Source of the DNA: Nanobdellota archaeon
GTDB taxonomy: Archaea > Aenigmatarchaeota > Aenigmatarchaeia > QMZP01
Length of the DNA: 47,024 nt
Direction: 5' to 3'
Assembly (NCBI GenBank): GCA_043814765.1
Contig: JBDRJQ010000037.1
Coordinates: 1-47,024 of the forward strand
Shown: in pieces, positions 1 through 9,362 of the stretch
Layout of the letters: each line of letters opens with the position of its first letter
Numbering within the stretch: the stretch's first letter is position 1
The notes under the pieces: model-generated
The model's database searches: none
The model's input: only the letters and a program-made list of their open reading frames with translations
What the model was told of the DNA's origin: nothing
Translations under genes and position numbers: made by a program

Positions 1-945
<945 letters not shown>

Positions 946-1272
946 TAAGAAATTAGCGGTTTGTACTCCTATTATAAACTCTTTATGGGATATCACACGT
1001 CATGAAGTCCTACATCAAACTTAATACGCATGTTTTAAGCTATCACATAAACGAAACATTAATGTTCGTCAATCCTCCGTTAAAGATAGTTATTAACGCG
1101 CCGGGAACGAACCCAACTCATAACTATTAGTTATATAGTGTAGTAATTATATGCAGTATAGCTATTTAAAAGTATAGTGAAACAGTTTCAATTGATGCCT
1201 TTTGAGCATTTTTAAATTAAAGGATAGAATAATAAAAACATGACGACTTGAATAAAGTCGTTCAGCCAGTAT

Positions 1273-1414
1273 GGCCGGTGTGGTGTAGTGGTTAGCATAG
1301 GAGCTTGTGGTAGCCTTTTTACAAGAGGCTTACGCCTTCTGCAAAAAGCCCAGGGAAAAACGTGAAAAGGTTTGCAAAAAGCTCTTGACGCGAGTTCAAT
1401 TCTCGCCATCGGCC
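1273..1414 (+). tRNA. tRNA-His(GUG) with encoded G-1 and a 69-nt intron at 37/38 (1311-1379)
   Basis: Acceptor stem GCCGGTG/CATCGGC, C73, anticodon arm GGAGC-TTGTGG|A-GCTCT, T arm GCGAG-TTCAATT-CTCGC. BHB central helix TTGT/GCAA. Confidence 0.93.
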
Positions 1415-1416
1415 CT

Positions 1417-1650
1417 ATGAATACAAGGGATTTCAAAGTGAGGAATACTTTTCTCATTTCTTCAGTCGTAACTCTAACAACTTTCATCTTCTATTACCTA
1501 GGTAACCAGCTAATTGGATCAGCAACTGATGCTGTAAAAGCAATAACTGTCTCACTTCTAGTGGGAGTTTTCTATTTCATCGTACATCACTATCTGAATC
1601 GCTACTCAAAAAAAAGACACAATAATGTGGCTGTGAATGAATTCTTGTAA
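1417..1650 (+). CDS. Small two-TM membrane protein (77 aa)
   Basis: ATG lies 2 nt after tRNA-His; two hydrophobic stretches. The longer ORF-track start overlaps the tRNA and was discarded. Confidence 0.55.
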   Translation: MNTRDFKVRNTFLISSVVTLTTFIFYYLGNQLIGSATDAVKAITVSLLVGVFYFIVHHYLNRYSKKRHNNVAVNEFL

Positions 1651-1658
1651 ATAAAATA

Positions 1659-1857
1659 TGCGGGAGGCAGGATTCCCGTCACCCTTTGGGGTGCAGACCT
1701 TTTTTAAAGGGTTGCATTCGAACCTGCGAAAGCACTAAGCTACAGGATGTGTTATCACAGCCTTAAAGACTCAACACTTAAGACGAATGACCTTAAGTTT
1801 AGCATGATTTGACAATATCAAATCAACCTGCTCCTTTGGCCACTCGGAAACCCCCGC
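1659..1857 (-). tRNA. tRNA-Leu(UAA) with three introns: 30/31 (1799-1826), 37/38 (1749-1791), 59/60 (1673-1716)
   Basis: Removing the three segments gives an 84-nt class II cloverleaf: GCGGGGG/CTCCCGC-A, CAGGA-CTTAAGA-TCCTG, long variable arm, GCAGG-TTCGAAT-CCTGC. Each junction forms a BHB-like motif. Confidence 0.9.
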
Positions 1858-1919
1858 ATATAGAGATATTTGTTATGTTTATAATAAAAGTTTAAAAGAT
1901 AAATTTTAAAGGTGTTTTT

Positions 1920-2642
1920 GTGAAGAGTATGAGTGCTGAGCAGTTTGAGTTATTGGGAATACATATAGGAGATGGGTGTCTAAGTAAAACTAATAAATAT
2001 AAAGAATATGCTCTCCTAGGAGATATCACAGAAGAAAGGGAATATTATGAATCACATATAATACCAATGTTTAATAAAGTTGTCATGAAACCACTTTTAA
2101 ATAAAAAAGTTGTTGGTAAATCATATCCTTCTATGGGAGTATTTGGTTTCCTCATTTTTAATTCTAAAATATTTGAACATTATATAAATCTTGGAATCAA
2201 GTCAGGACCAAAAACAAGCATGAAATTGCCAAAATTAATAACAAATGCTAAACCTGATTTACAAAGGGCCTTTCTTAGAGGGCTTTTTGATACAGACGGT
2301 TCAATTTACTTTGATAAAAACTATTCAGCAAAACATAATGAGCATCGTAGACCTAGAATAAAATGGGCAACTACGTCGAAGATTCTTAAAAATTAAGTCA
2401 AGAAAATATGTGAAAATTTTGGTTTTAAAATAATGAATAGGTCTCCGTATAAAGGAAAACGCGATAAAAACACTTTACACGAACTTATTGTTTATAGAAA
2501 AAATGATGTAGATAGATGGATAAATGAAATAAGCTTTAACAACCCAAAACATAAAACAAAGATAGCTGTCTGGAAAAAATTGGGCTATTGTCCTCCTAAG
2601 ACAACTATATTAGAAAGAAAGAGCATTTTAAAAAGAATCTAA
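1920..2642 (+). pseudogene. Free-standing two-motif LAGLIDADG (DOD-type) endonuclease interrupted by one in-frame TAA at 2394-2396
   Basis: Motifs ELLGIHIGDG and FLRGLFDTDG. ORFs 1920-2396 and 2433-2642 share a frame and the intervening codons are open (KN*VKKICENFGFKIMN). C-terminal ISFNNPKH matches IGFINPKH of the second copy. Confidence 0.8.
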
Positions 2643-2647
2643 GCAAT

Positions 2648-2658
2648 TGCCTCCCGCA
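2648..2658 (+). repeat. 11-bp inverted copy of the tRNA-Leu 3' end (TGCCTCCCGCA)
   Basis: Exact reverse complement of 1659-1669. Confidence 0.75.
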
Positions 2659-2661
2659 CCT

Positions 2662-3753
2662 TTATTTCAAGAACTTATCAATCTGAGAGCGAGCTTTCTC
2701 GCGCTTCTTCTGGTGCTCTATTAAGAACTTGGTTAACTTTTCAATCAGGATAGCTTTCAACTCCCCAGTCAAAAGCTTGCCAGACTTGTAATCATCGCTA
2801 ATCCTTTGAATTTTCTTGTCATCCGGCTCAAAGTGCGTGTACAGCATTTGATAAGAAACATCTATGTCTGGATTACCACCTTTCTTTCTGTGTTCTTCTA
2901 TTGTTGACTGTCCTCCAGAGAATGCATACTTGTTTATTTTATTCTTTATTGTTTTTGGGTCATCTGTGAGAGCGATATAAGATAACGGATTAGATGAAGA
3001 CATCTTTCCGCCTCTTAATCCCGGTAAGAACTTATGATAAGTGGATGCAGGCGGAACAAAACCAAACTCATTATTTGTACGGTTAGCTATGTCCCTAGTT
3101 AGTCTAATGTGAGGATCTTGGTCAACACCAACAGGAACAACTACATCTTTTATACCACCATATTCTTTCATTTGAGGATGCAAAATGTCAGCAACCTGTG
3201 TCATAACAGAAAAAACTTTTCCAGGAGAATTATCACCGTAAATATCTTGAAACTCATTTGCTGTAACCTTCTTGGCCAACATTTTTGACAATCTATAATA
3301 AGGAGTACTGTAATCTGATTGAAAATAGAAAACACAATTCTTTGGCTTCAAGCCAAGAGCTATGTAGTTTAGAAGGTATTCTTCAATTGCAGTTTTTTTT
3401 AATTCTTCAAGGCTTCCACCGCGCATGTTATACGCTTCAATATCAGCAACGCATAAGAATATTTTTGCCCCAAGCGACTGATAATAAATTATCTGTTCGG
3501 CCACCATTTTGTGTCCTAGATGAAACTTGCCGCTAGGCATCAACCCAGTCATCATAGCGAAAGGTTTTTTCTTCTTTATAGCTTCTGCTATTCTATCAAA
3601 ATCTCTATGACCAACTACGAGATCTCTTCTCATCAGCAATGGCGGATCTGGCAATTTCTTTACGAACGGCTCAAATGGTTTTATCCCAAACTCTGAAAAA
3701 AGCTTGCTGTAATCCTTTATTTCTTTTGTCTCCCATGGATTTATTTTAGTCAT
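2662..3753 (-). CDS. trpS: Tryptophanyl-tRNA synthetase
   Basis: TGLMPSGKFHLGH (HIGH), PVGVDQDPH, KMSSS, AFSGGQ. AGGAGG Shine-Dalgarno upstream. Confidence 0.96.
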   Translation of the reverse strand: MTKINPWETKEIKDYSKLFSEFGIKPFEPFVKKLPDPPLLMRRDLVVGHRDFDRIAEAIKKKKPFAMMTGLMPSGKFHLGHKMVAEQIIYYQSLGAKIFLCVADIEAYNMRGGSLEELKKTAIEEYLLNYIALGLKPKNCVFYFQSDYSTPYYRLSKMLAKKVTANEFQDIYGDNSPGKVFSVMTQVADILHPQMKEYGGIKDVVVPVGVDQDPHIRLTRDIANRTNNEFGFVPPASTYHKFLPGLRGGKMSSSNPLSYIALTDDPKTIKNKINKYAFSGGQSTIEEHRKKGGNPDIDVSYQMLYTHFEPDDKKIQRISDDYKSGKLLTGELKAILIEKLTKFLIEHQKKREKARSQIDKFLK

Positions 3754-3940
3754 AAAGAGCCTCCTGTTTTAATTATATCAGAACCTGCTGTTAAATCTAT
3801 CACGGTTCCGATACCTCCACAATAATAAAAACTAAAAGCAAAGCTTGTGCTAAGAAAATGAACCAATTCTACAATTCCTGTCGCATCCATTGGTACAGCA
3901 TCACAACCACTTGTTTAAAATTAAATAGCTGGTTTAAAAA

Positions 3941-4966
3941 TTAATCAGGAAACGCCTTTCTCAAAAGAGCTTTCTTATCCTCAAACCTCTTTCTTACATG
4001 CTCTAGCATTTCATTAATTTCTTCAGCCACAGCAGTTTTCAGGTCCTGCGGATGAAGCTTATTTTCTAGGAAATCTCTTTCCAGAAGTTTGTAGTCGCTA
4101 TAACTTAGATTACCGCCAAACTTTTCAGGCCTCTTTATAACAAATTCTTCCTTGTTGTCTTCCTTAATTACCATAATAACATGCTTCACAAAAGCCATCA
4201 CACCGTTTTCTTCTATCTCACCTGCAGGACAGTATGCAGAATTAATTTTCCTAACAACTTCCTCTTTACTGTCTAGAACATCTATCTTGGATCCTTCCAC
4301 ACTGGCACTCATCTTAGCACCCTGCAAACCAGGAAGCATGGGTGTCATTACCTCAACCCTTTGCTTGTAACCAAGTTTTGGTAAGCTTTCCCTAGCGAAC
4401 ATAAGTATCTTACGCTGATCTATTCCACCATACTGTACATCCACTTCCAGATACTCTTCGTCAAGCGCCTGCATTATCGGGTAGATGAAACCACTGAGTT
4501 TAGGCGTGTCACCGAAGCGAACAACTTCAGAAGCAGCGCGTCTGCACCTTTCTAGTGTACATGTAGCAGCCATGCGGTACATATCCGTGGTGTATTTTTT
4601 ATCCAGCTGATAATCAGAACCCTTAACAAATTCTATGTTTTTTGTATCAACTCCAAGTGCTTTAAGCAAACCTAGAGAAACTTCTTTATAGTATTTTGCC
4701 CTCCAATCCAGAAGTTCAAACGGAGCTTTTCTGTCATCCAAATGAGCGTGTAAATCTGCGAGTAATATAGTGAATTTAAAATCCGCATTAACAAAATCTG
4801 CAATCTTCATCATAGGAATAAAGTAACCAATATGCACTTTACCCGTTACAGCAAATCCTATGTATGCTTTAGGATTTTTCTTCTTCAAAACTTCTCTAAG
4901 CTCAGTTTCTGTTACGATATCCTCTGTATTGCGATTTATGAGCTTGAATCGCTTTTCAATATCCAT
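3941..4966 (-). CDS. tyrS: Tyrosyl-tRNA synthetase (archaeal type)
   Basis: YIGFAVTGKVHIGY, ADLHA, YPIMQALD, GGIDQRK, KMSAS, LHPQDLK. Confidence 0.96.
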   Translation of the reverse strand: MDIEKRFKLINRNTEDIVTETELREVLKKKNPKAYIGFAVTGKVHIGYFIPMMKIADFVNADFKFTILLADLHAHLDDRKAPFELLDWRAKYYKEVSLGLLKALGVDTKNIEFVKGSDYQLDKKYTTDMYRMAATCTLERCRRAASEVVRFGDTPKLSGFIYPIMQALDEEYLEVDVQYGGIDQRKILMFARESLPKLGYKQRVEVMTPMLPGLQGAKMSASVEGSKIDVLDSKEEVVRKINSAYCPAGEIEENGVMAFVKHVIMVIKEDNKEEFVIKRPEKFGGNLSYSDYKLLERDFLENKLHPQDLKTAVAEEINEMLEHVRKRFEDKKALLRKAFPD

Positions 4967-5014
4967 AATTTATCTTTAGCGAGCTAATTTAAATTTGAAG
5001 ATTAATTCTTGAGT

Positions 5015-5731
5015 ATGGATATCATTCTTCCTGAGCCAATGAAGTCTTTGCTTGGCACGCTAGAGAAAAAGGCCTTGATAAATTTCTACGGTGCGCCGGG
5101 CACTGGTAAAACCAACATCTGTTTGATTGCTGCTGTTGAATGCATAAAAAAAGGCGGAAAAGTTGCTTACATAGATACTGAAGGCGGGTTCTCTGTAGAG
5201 AGATTAAAACAGATAACAGGCGACTATCAGCAGATTCTTGATAACACCGAGTTAATAGAGCCAAGGAACCTTAAGGAACAGGGAGAAGCGATAAAAAAAC
5301 TAGAAAACACTGATGCTGATTTGATAATATTGGATTCTTCTGTTTCACTTTACAGACTGGAGTATTCAGACGGAAGGCAAGAGATAATAGACAATTCAAA
5401 TAAAATATGCACTCCGAATTCTAAAGTGCTAGAAGCTAACAGGGAGCTTTCAAAACAAATATCTGAGCTGTCATTCATAGCTCGCCAGAAAAACATACCA
5501 GTTATAATAACTGCGCATGCTTTCAAACCATGGAACGGGGAACCAATGGATTTGGTTGGTGGTGACATGATGAAATACTGGTCCAAAATAATTGTTCATA
5601 TAGAAAAAACCAATAAGATGTCTGAAAGAAAAGCAACCATACTCAAGCACAGATACATGCCAGAGGGCAAGACTATGAAGTTTGTTCTAGTTAACGAGGG
5701 AATAAAACCAGCTGGATTTAAGTTATTCTAA
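5015..5731 (+). CDS. radB: RadB-like RecA-family ATPase
   Basis: Walker A GAPGTGKT, YIDTEGGFS, IILDS, LVGGDMMKYWSK, KHR motif. Lacks the RadA N-terminal domain. Confidence 0.88.
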   Translation: MDIILPEPMKSLLGTLEKKALINFYGAPGTGKTNICLIAAVECIKKGGKVAYIDTEGGFSVERLKQITGDYQQILDNTELIEPRNLKEQGEAIKKLENTDADLIILDSSVSLYRLEYSDGRQEIIDNSNKICTPNSKVLEANRELSKQISELSFIARQKNIPVIITAHAFKPWNGEPMDLVGGDMMKYWSKIIVHIEKTNKMSERKATILKHRYMPEGKTMKFVLVNEGIKPAGFKLF

Positions 5732-5745
5732 GACAATAAAATAAC

Positions 5746-5982
5746 ATGGAGTGGACATTAAGAACTGTTGTTGTAGTAATTCTGCTTTTAGTTTTCTTGG
5801 CTGTAATGCTCCTATTAGTAGTGGATTTAGGTTCAGGGTCAAAAAGCATGATAAATCAGATTGGTGATTTTTTTCAGAACATAATCAGGGGCGGTGATCA
5901 TTTCGAATCAGCACCAACTGATATCCCACCATCTACTGATGATACTGGTACTTTTGATGATTTATTAAACCCAGAAGGATAG
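5746..5982 (+). CDS. Small single-TM pilin-like protein
   Basis: N-terminal hydrophobic helix (MEWTLRTVVVVILLLVFLAVML) followed by an acidic tail. Confidence 0.55.
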   Translation: MEWTLRTVVVVILLLVFLAVMLLLVVDLGSGSKSMINQIGDFFQNIIRGGDHFESAPTDIPPSTDDTGTFDDLLNPEG

Positions 5983-6534
5983 CTATTCATGGAAAATCTG
6001 TGCCTGAAATTTATACATTTTTACATCTTTCGATTTCCATGCATCTGCTTTTAAGCCAGCTTTCATGCATGTTTGGCTTAGAAATTCCTCTGAAGACATT
6101 CCATGTTCAGTAGCTACTTGTGGCAAAAGTAATCCACGATTGTAACCGCTTTCAGCTATTAGGCCATCTTTACCTATTTCTATGTTTTTGATATACTCTT
6201 CAGGCGAAGATTCTATCAACTCTGGTTTTGTTAGAATGGAAACCTCTATTTTTATCTCATCAAGCTCTGTCTTGCCTAACTCTGAGAATCTGGGATCCAT
6301 GGTAGCTTGTATAGCTGCATCTATCAACGCGTCTATAAGCGGTTTAACCGGTTCAGGATAACCAATACATCCTCTTAAATTATCATTCTTTGTTATAGTA
6401 ACAAAGACACCGCCTTTCTCTTTGAACTCTTCTGGGCACTTTGCTGGAACAAGCATGTCTTTTTCTCTCACCCATTTTTCTATTGCCTGTCTTGCAATTT
6501 TCAGTGCAAACTGACCCCTTTCTTGTATGTTCAT
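5983..6534 (-). CDS. AMMECR1-domain protein
   Basis: GVFVT, LRGCIG, DPRF, EVSILT, GLLLPQVA, CMKAGL. Confidence 0.93.
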   Translation of the reverse strand: MNIQERGQFALKIARQAIEKWVREKDMLVPAKCPEEFKEKGGVFVTITKNDNLRGCIGYPEPVKPLIDALIDAAIQATMDPRFSELGKTELDEIKIEVSILTKPELIESSPEEYIKNIEIGKDGLIAESGYNRGLLLPQVATEHGMSSEEFLSQTCMKAGLKADAWKSKDVKMYKFQAQIFHE

Positions 6535-6570
6535 GTCATATATTTATCTACAGAAAATAAAAGTGATTGT

Positions 6571-7257
6571 ATGGTTATAGCTGGCATAGATGAAGCCGGA
6601 AGAGGAGCTGTCATAGGTCCTCTAGTTGTAGCAGGAGTTTCTATACCAAAGGAAAACGAGCATAAACTGATAAAACTAAACTTGAAGGATTCAAAGCTTC
6701 TGAGTGCAAAACAACGTGAAGATTTTGCAAAAAAAATAGAAAAAATAGCAAAGGACATAATAGTTGTCAAAGTTGCTGCGTGCAAGATTGATAGCTATAG
6801 AAGTGAAGGTATTAACCTAAACAAGCTGGAAGCAATGAAGTTTGCTGACATATTAGATTATCTTAACCCATCAATGGCTTACATAGACTGTCCTGATACT
6901 GTTCCTAGTCGCCTTGAGTTATTTTTGAAAACAACAACTAAAAGTAATAGTGTTTTGTGTGTAGAACACAAAGCGGACATGAATTACCCAATTGTTTCTG
7001 CAGCTTCTATTATAGCTAAAGTAACACGAGATGCTGAAGTAGAGAAGCTAAAAAAAGAGCATAAACTAGACAATTTTGGATCAGGTTATCCGAGTGATCC
7101 GTTAACTAAGCAATGGATGGAAGACTGGCTTAAGACCAACAAGAAGTTTCCAGATTGCGTGAGAAAATCATGGATGACAACAGAAGTAATGATGGCAAAC
7201 AAGGAACAGAGCAAGCTTGGTCAGTGGCTAAGCAAATTTAAGAAGCAACCCATATAA
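6571..7257 (+). CDS. rnhB: Ribonuclease HII
   Basis: GIDEAGRG, KDSKLL, HKAD, VSAASIIAKV, GSGYPSDP, C-terminal PIP-box-like QSKLGQW. Confidence 0.96.
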   Translation: MVIAGIDEAGRGAVIGPLVVAGVSIPKENEHKLIKLNLKDSKLLSAKQREDFAKKIEKIAKDIIVVKVAACKIDSYRSEGINLNKLEAMKFADILDYLNPSMAYIDCPDTVPSRLELFLKTTTKSNSVLCVEHKADMNYPIVSAASIIAKVTRDAEVEKLKKEHKLDNFGSGYPSDPLTKQWMEDWLKTNKKFPDCVRKSWMTTEVMMANKEQSKLGQWLSKFKKQPI

Positions 7258-7281
7258 ATCTTTTCGCAACCAATTATTAAC

Positions 7282-7941
7282 ATGTCAGCAAAGAGAATTG
7301 GGGATATTGCCATGATATCTCTGTCGAGCAGTGATTCAAACATATACATTATTGAAGACACGGTTTTTGATGCAGGGACAGGTCTTAATTTTGTGCGCCT
7401 GAAAACATTTTTAGGTTTTTTGAAGAGAGAATTCGGAGACATTAAGCAGGTTTTCTTAACTCACGAACACTTTGATCACTTTGGCGGAGCAGGATTCTTT
7501 ATGAATGCTAAGATAGGAATGCACGAAGCTGCTGCACCAGTGTTAGAAAAAGGCGATGAAGAGGTCTCTGTTTGTGATTATTTTGATGGCAAAGTTAAGC
7601 CAAGACTGGTTGATATGAAACTCAAAGACGGAGATGTAATTAATGCCGGAAAAAAGGAGTTTAAAGTTATACACACACCTGGTCACACAGCAGGTTCTAT
7701 CTGTTTCTATTGTGAAAACGAGAAGCTTCTAATATCAGGCGATACTGTTTTTGCAACAGGCATAGGAAGAACAGACTTGCCTACAAGCGATCCTACAGCA
7801 ATGCAGGCCTCTTTGAAAAAATTAGCAGGATTGAAAATAGAGAAGATACTCCCTGGCCACGGAGCACACGTAGATAAAGGCGGCAGCAAGCTGATTGCTG
7901 ATTTCGCAAAGGTCAATACTATAGAAGAAGACGAGATGTAA
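7282..7941 (+). CDS. MBL-fold metallo-hydrolase (glyoxalase II-like)
   Basis: THEHFDHFGG, TPGHT, SGDT, PGHG. Confidence 0.9.
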   Translation: MSAKRIGDIAMISLSSSDSNIYIIEDTVFDAGTGLNFVRLKTFLGFLKREFGDIKQVFLTHEHFDHFGGAGFFMNAKIGMHEAAAPVLEKGDEEVSVCDYFDGKVKPRLVDMKLKDGDVINAGKKEFKVIHTPGHTAGSICFYCENEKLLISGDTVFATGIGRTDLPTSDPTAMQASLKKLAGLKIEKILPGHGAHVDKGGSKLIADFAKVNTIEEDEM

Positions 7942-8082
7942 TTATTTAAATCTTTCTAGCATTTTCTTCCAGATAAAATTATTTTATCATAAGGCGCAGC
8001 TTTTTCATAGCCTTTATTACTGAAAGCCTTATATACTAATTAATGCATAATTATTATTAGTTAATAATTATTTGTGATTAAT

Positions 8083-8343
8083 ATGCAAGAACTAAAACAC
8101 TCCCCAACACTCAATACAGTCATTATGGTAGAAAACACTCTCAAAAATATAGAAGAAAGCGTAATTACTGTAGCGGAGCTTAAGCGAAGACTTCCAAAAC
8201 AAGTAAATCATAACACGCTTAAAATCATCCTTGAATACCTCGAACTCAGCAATAAAATTGTAGTAACCATGAGAGGCATTACATGGATACACAACCCAAA
8301 TCCAAATTTACAAAAAGCAATTGCAGAGGGGCTCGAATTATGA
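8083..8343 (+). CDS. Putative antitoxin / small winged-helix DNA-binding protein
   Basis: Helix-rich 86-aa protein whose stop overlaps (ATGA) the start of a RelE-like gene. Confidence 0.55.
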   Translation: MQELKHSPTLNTVIMVENTLKNIEESVITVAELKRRLPKQVNHNTLKIILEYLELSNKIVVTMRGITWIHNPNPNLQKAIAEGLEL

Positions 8344-8693
8344 AAGCAATACGAATAAAACTGTCTCCAGAAGCAGAAGAAGTATTCAGATATCTTAACA
8401 AAGAAGCCCCCGATTCAAAAACAGAACGCATGATTCTCAAAGCAATAAACCAAAAAGTTGATTTGATTAAATCAAATCCCCACTTTGGCGATCCGATTGT
8501 GAAGAAACTTATACCAAAGGAATACAAGCAAAAATACGGAGTTACAAATCTCTTTCGTGTTGAACTTCCTGCTTTTTGGAGGATGTTATATACATTAACA
8601 GATGAAGAAAGCGAGGTGGAAATAATTGCATTCGTTCTTGATATAATTGATCATGAAGAATATGATAAAAAGTTTGGATACAGGAGCAGATGA
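8340..8693 (+). CDS. Putative RelE/ParE-superfamily toxin
   Basis: IKLSPEA...LIKSNPHFGD...LFRVELPAFWRMLY...IIDHEEYDK pattern typical of archaeal RelE-fold proteins. Confidence 0.65.
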   Translation: MKAIRIKLSPEAEEVFRYLNKEAPDSKTERMILKAINQKVDLIKSNPHFGDPIVKKLIPKEYKQKYGVTNLFRVELPAFWRMLYTLTDEESEVEIIAFVLDIIDHEEYDKKFGYRSR

Positions 8694-8699
8694 TTTATT

Positions 8700-9362
8700 A
8701 TGAACTTTTACGATATGCATGTTTCTGCAGAAGATGTAAAGAAAACTATAGAAATTGCAGAAAAACTTGGTTGGAGTGGGCTTGTTTTTATTAGAAAATG
8801 GAATGGCGAAAAGAAACCCGCAAACTTTGCAAACGAGGCAAAAAAACTGGACTGTTCCATGGGATTAATTGTTGATGCGAAAAAAGCGAATGACATGCAG
8901 AAAACAGTGAAGTCGACAAGGAAGCAAACAGAGCTTATTATAGTCAAGGCAGGTGATCTGGAATTCAACAGGGTGGTTTTAGAAACTCCTGAAGTGGACA
9001 TATTATCAGGATTCAATATACAGCTAAATCATGTTATGTGCGAGCTCGCAAAGAAGAACAACGTGGCTATAGAGTTCAACTTCCACGACCTCATTTCAAG
9101 CTACAAGAATACCCGTGAGAAGATTTTCAACAACATGATAGAAAACGCGAAATTCATCCGCAAATACAAAACACCGTTTGTTATAACATCTGGAGCAATG
9201 GACCCATGGGATATGAGATCTCCGCAGGACCTTTTGTCCTTCGGCCGCCTTCTCGGCTTCCAGGACCCTCAAATAAAGAAAGCTATGTCTTCGTCAGTCC
9301 TCACAGAGAACCGCAAACGCCTCTCAGACAAATGGATTGCCCCTGGGGTAGAGCTAGAATAA
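8700..9362 (+). CDS. rnp3: RNase P protein Rpp30
   Basis: FYDMHV, KLGW, NRVVLE...VDIL, LAKKNNVAIEF, VITSGA...DMRSP. Confidence 0.92.
   Translation: MNFYDMHVSAEDVKKTIEIAEKLGWSGLVFIRKWNGEKKPANFANEAKKLDCSMGLIVDAKKANDMQKTVKSTRKQTELIIVKAGDLEFNRVVLETPEVDILSGFNIQLNHVMCELAKKNNVAIEFNFHDLISSYKNTREKIFNNMIENAKFIRKYKTPFVITSGAMDPWDMRSPQDLLSFGRLLGFQDPQIKKAMSSSVLTENRKRLSDKWIAPGVELE

Noticed and set aside
1212-1487. 91-aa minus-strand ORF, and the 1372 start of the plus-strand ORF
   Set aside because: Both overlap tRNA-His; the plausible start of the plus-strand gene is ATG 1417.
1749-1800. Alternative reading of the tRNA at 1659-1857 as Ser(UGA) or Leu(GAG) using GTTGAG inside the intron
   Set aside because: It gives a non-standard anticodon loop. 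The UAA reading yields a canonical 7-nt loop, A73 and a paired inner helix TCAT/GTGA.
3750-3900. Possible ~46-aa minus-strand ORF between tyrS and trpS ending at the trpS start
   Set aside because: It is short with no recognisable motif, so coding status cannot be supported.
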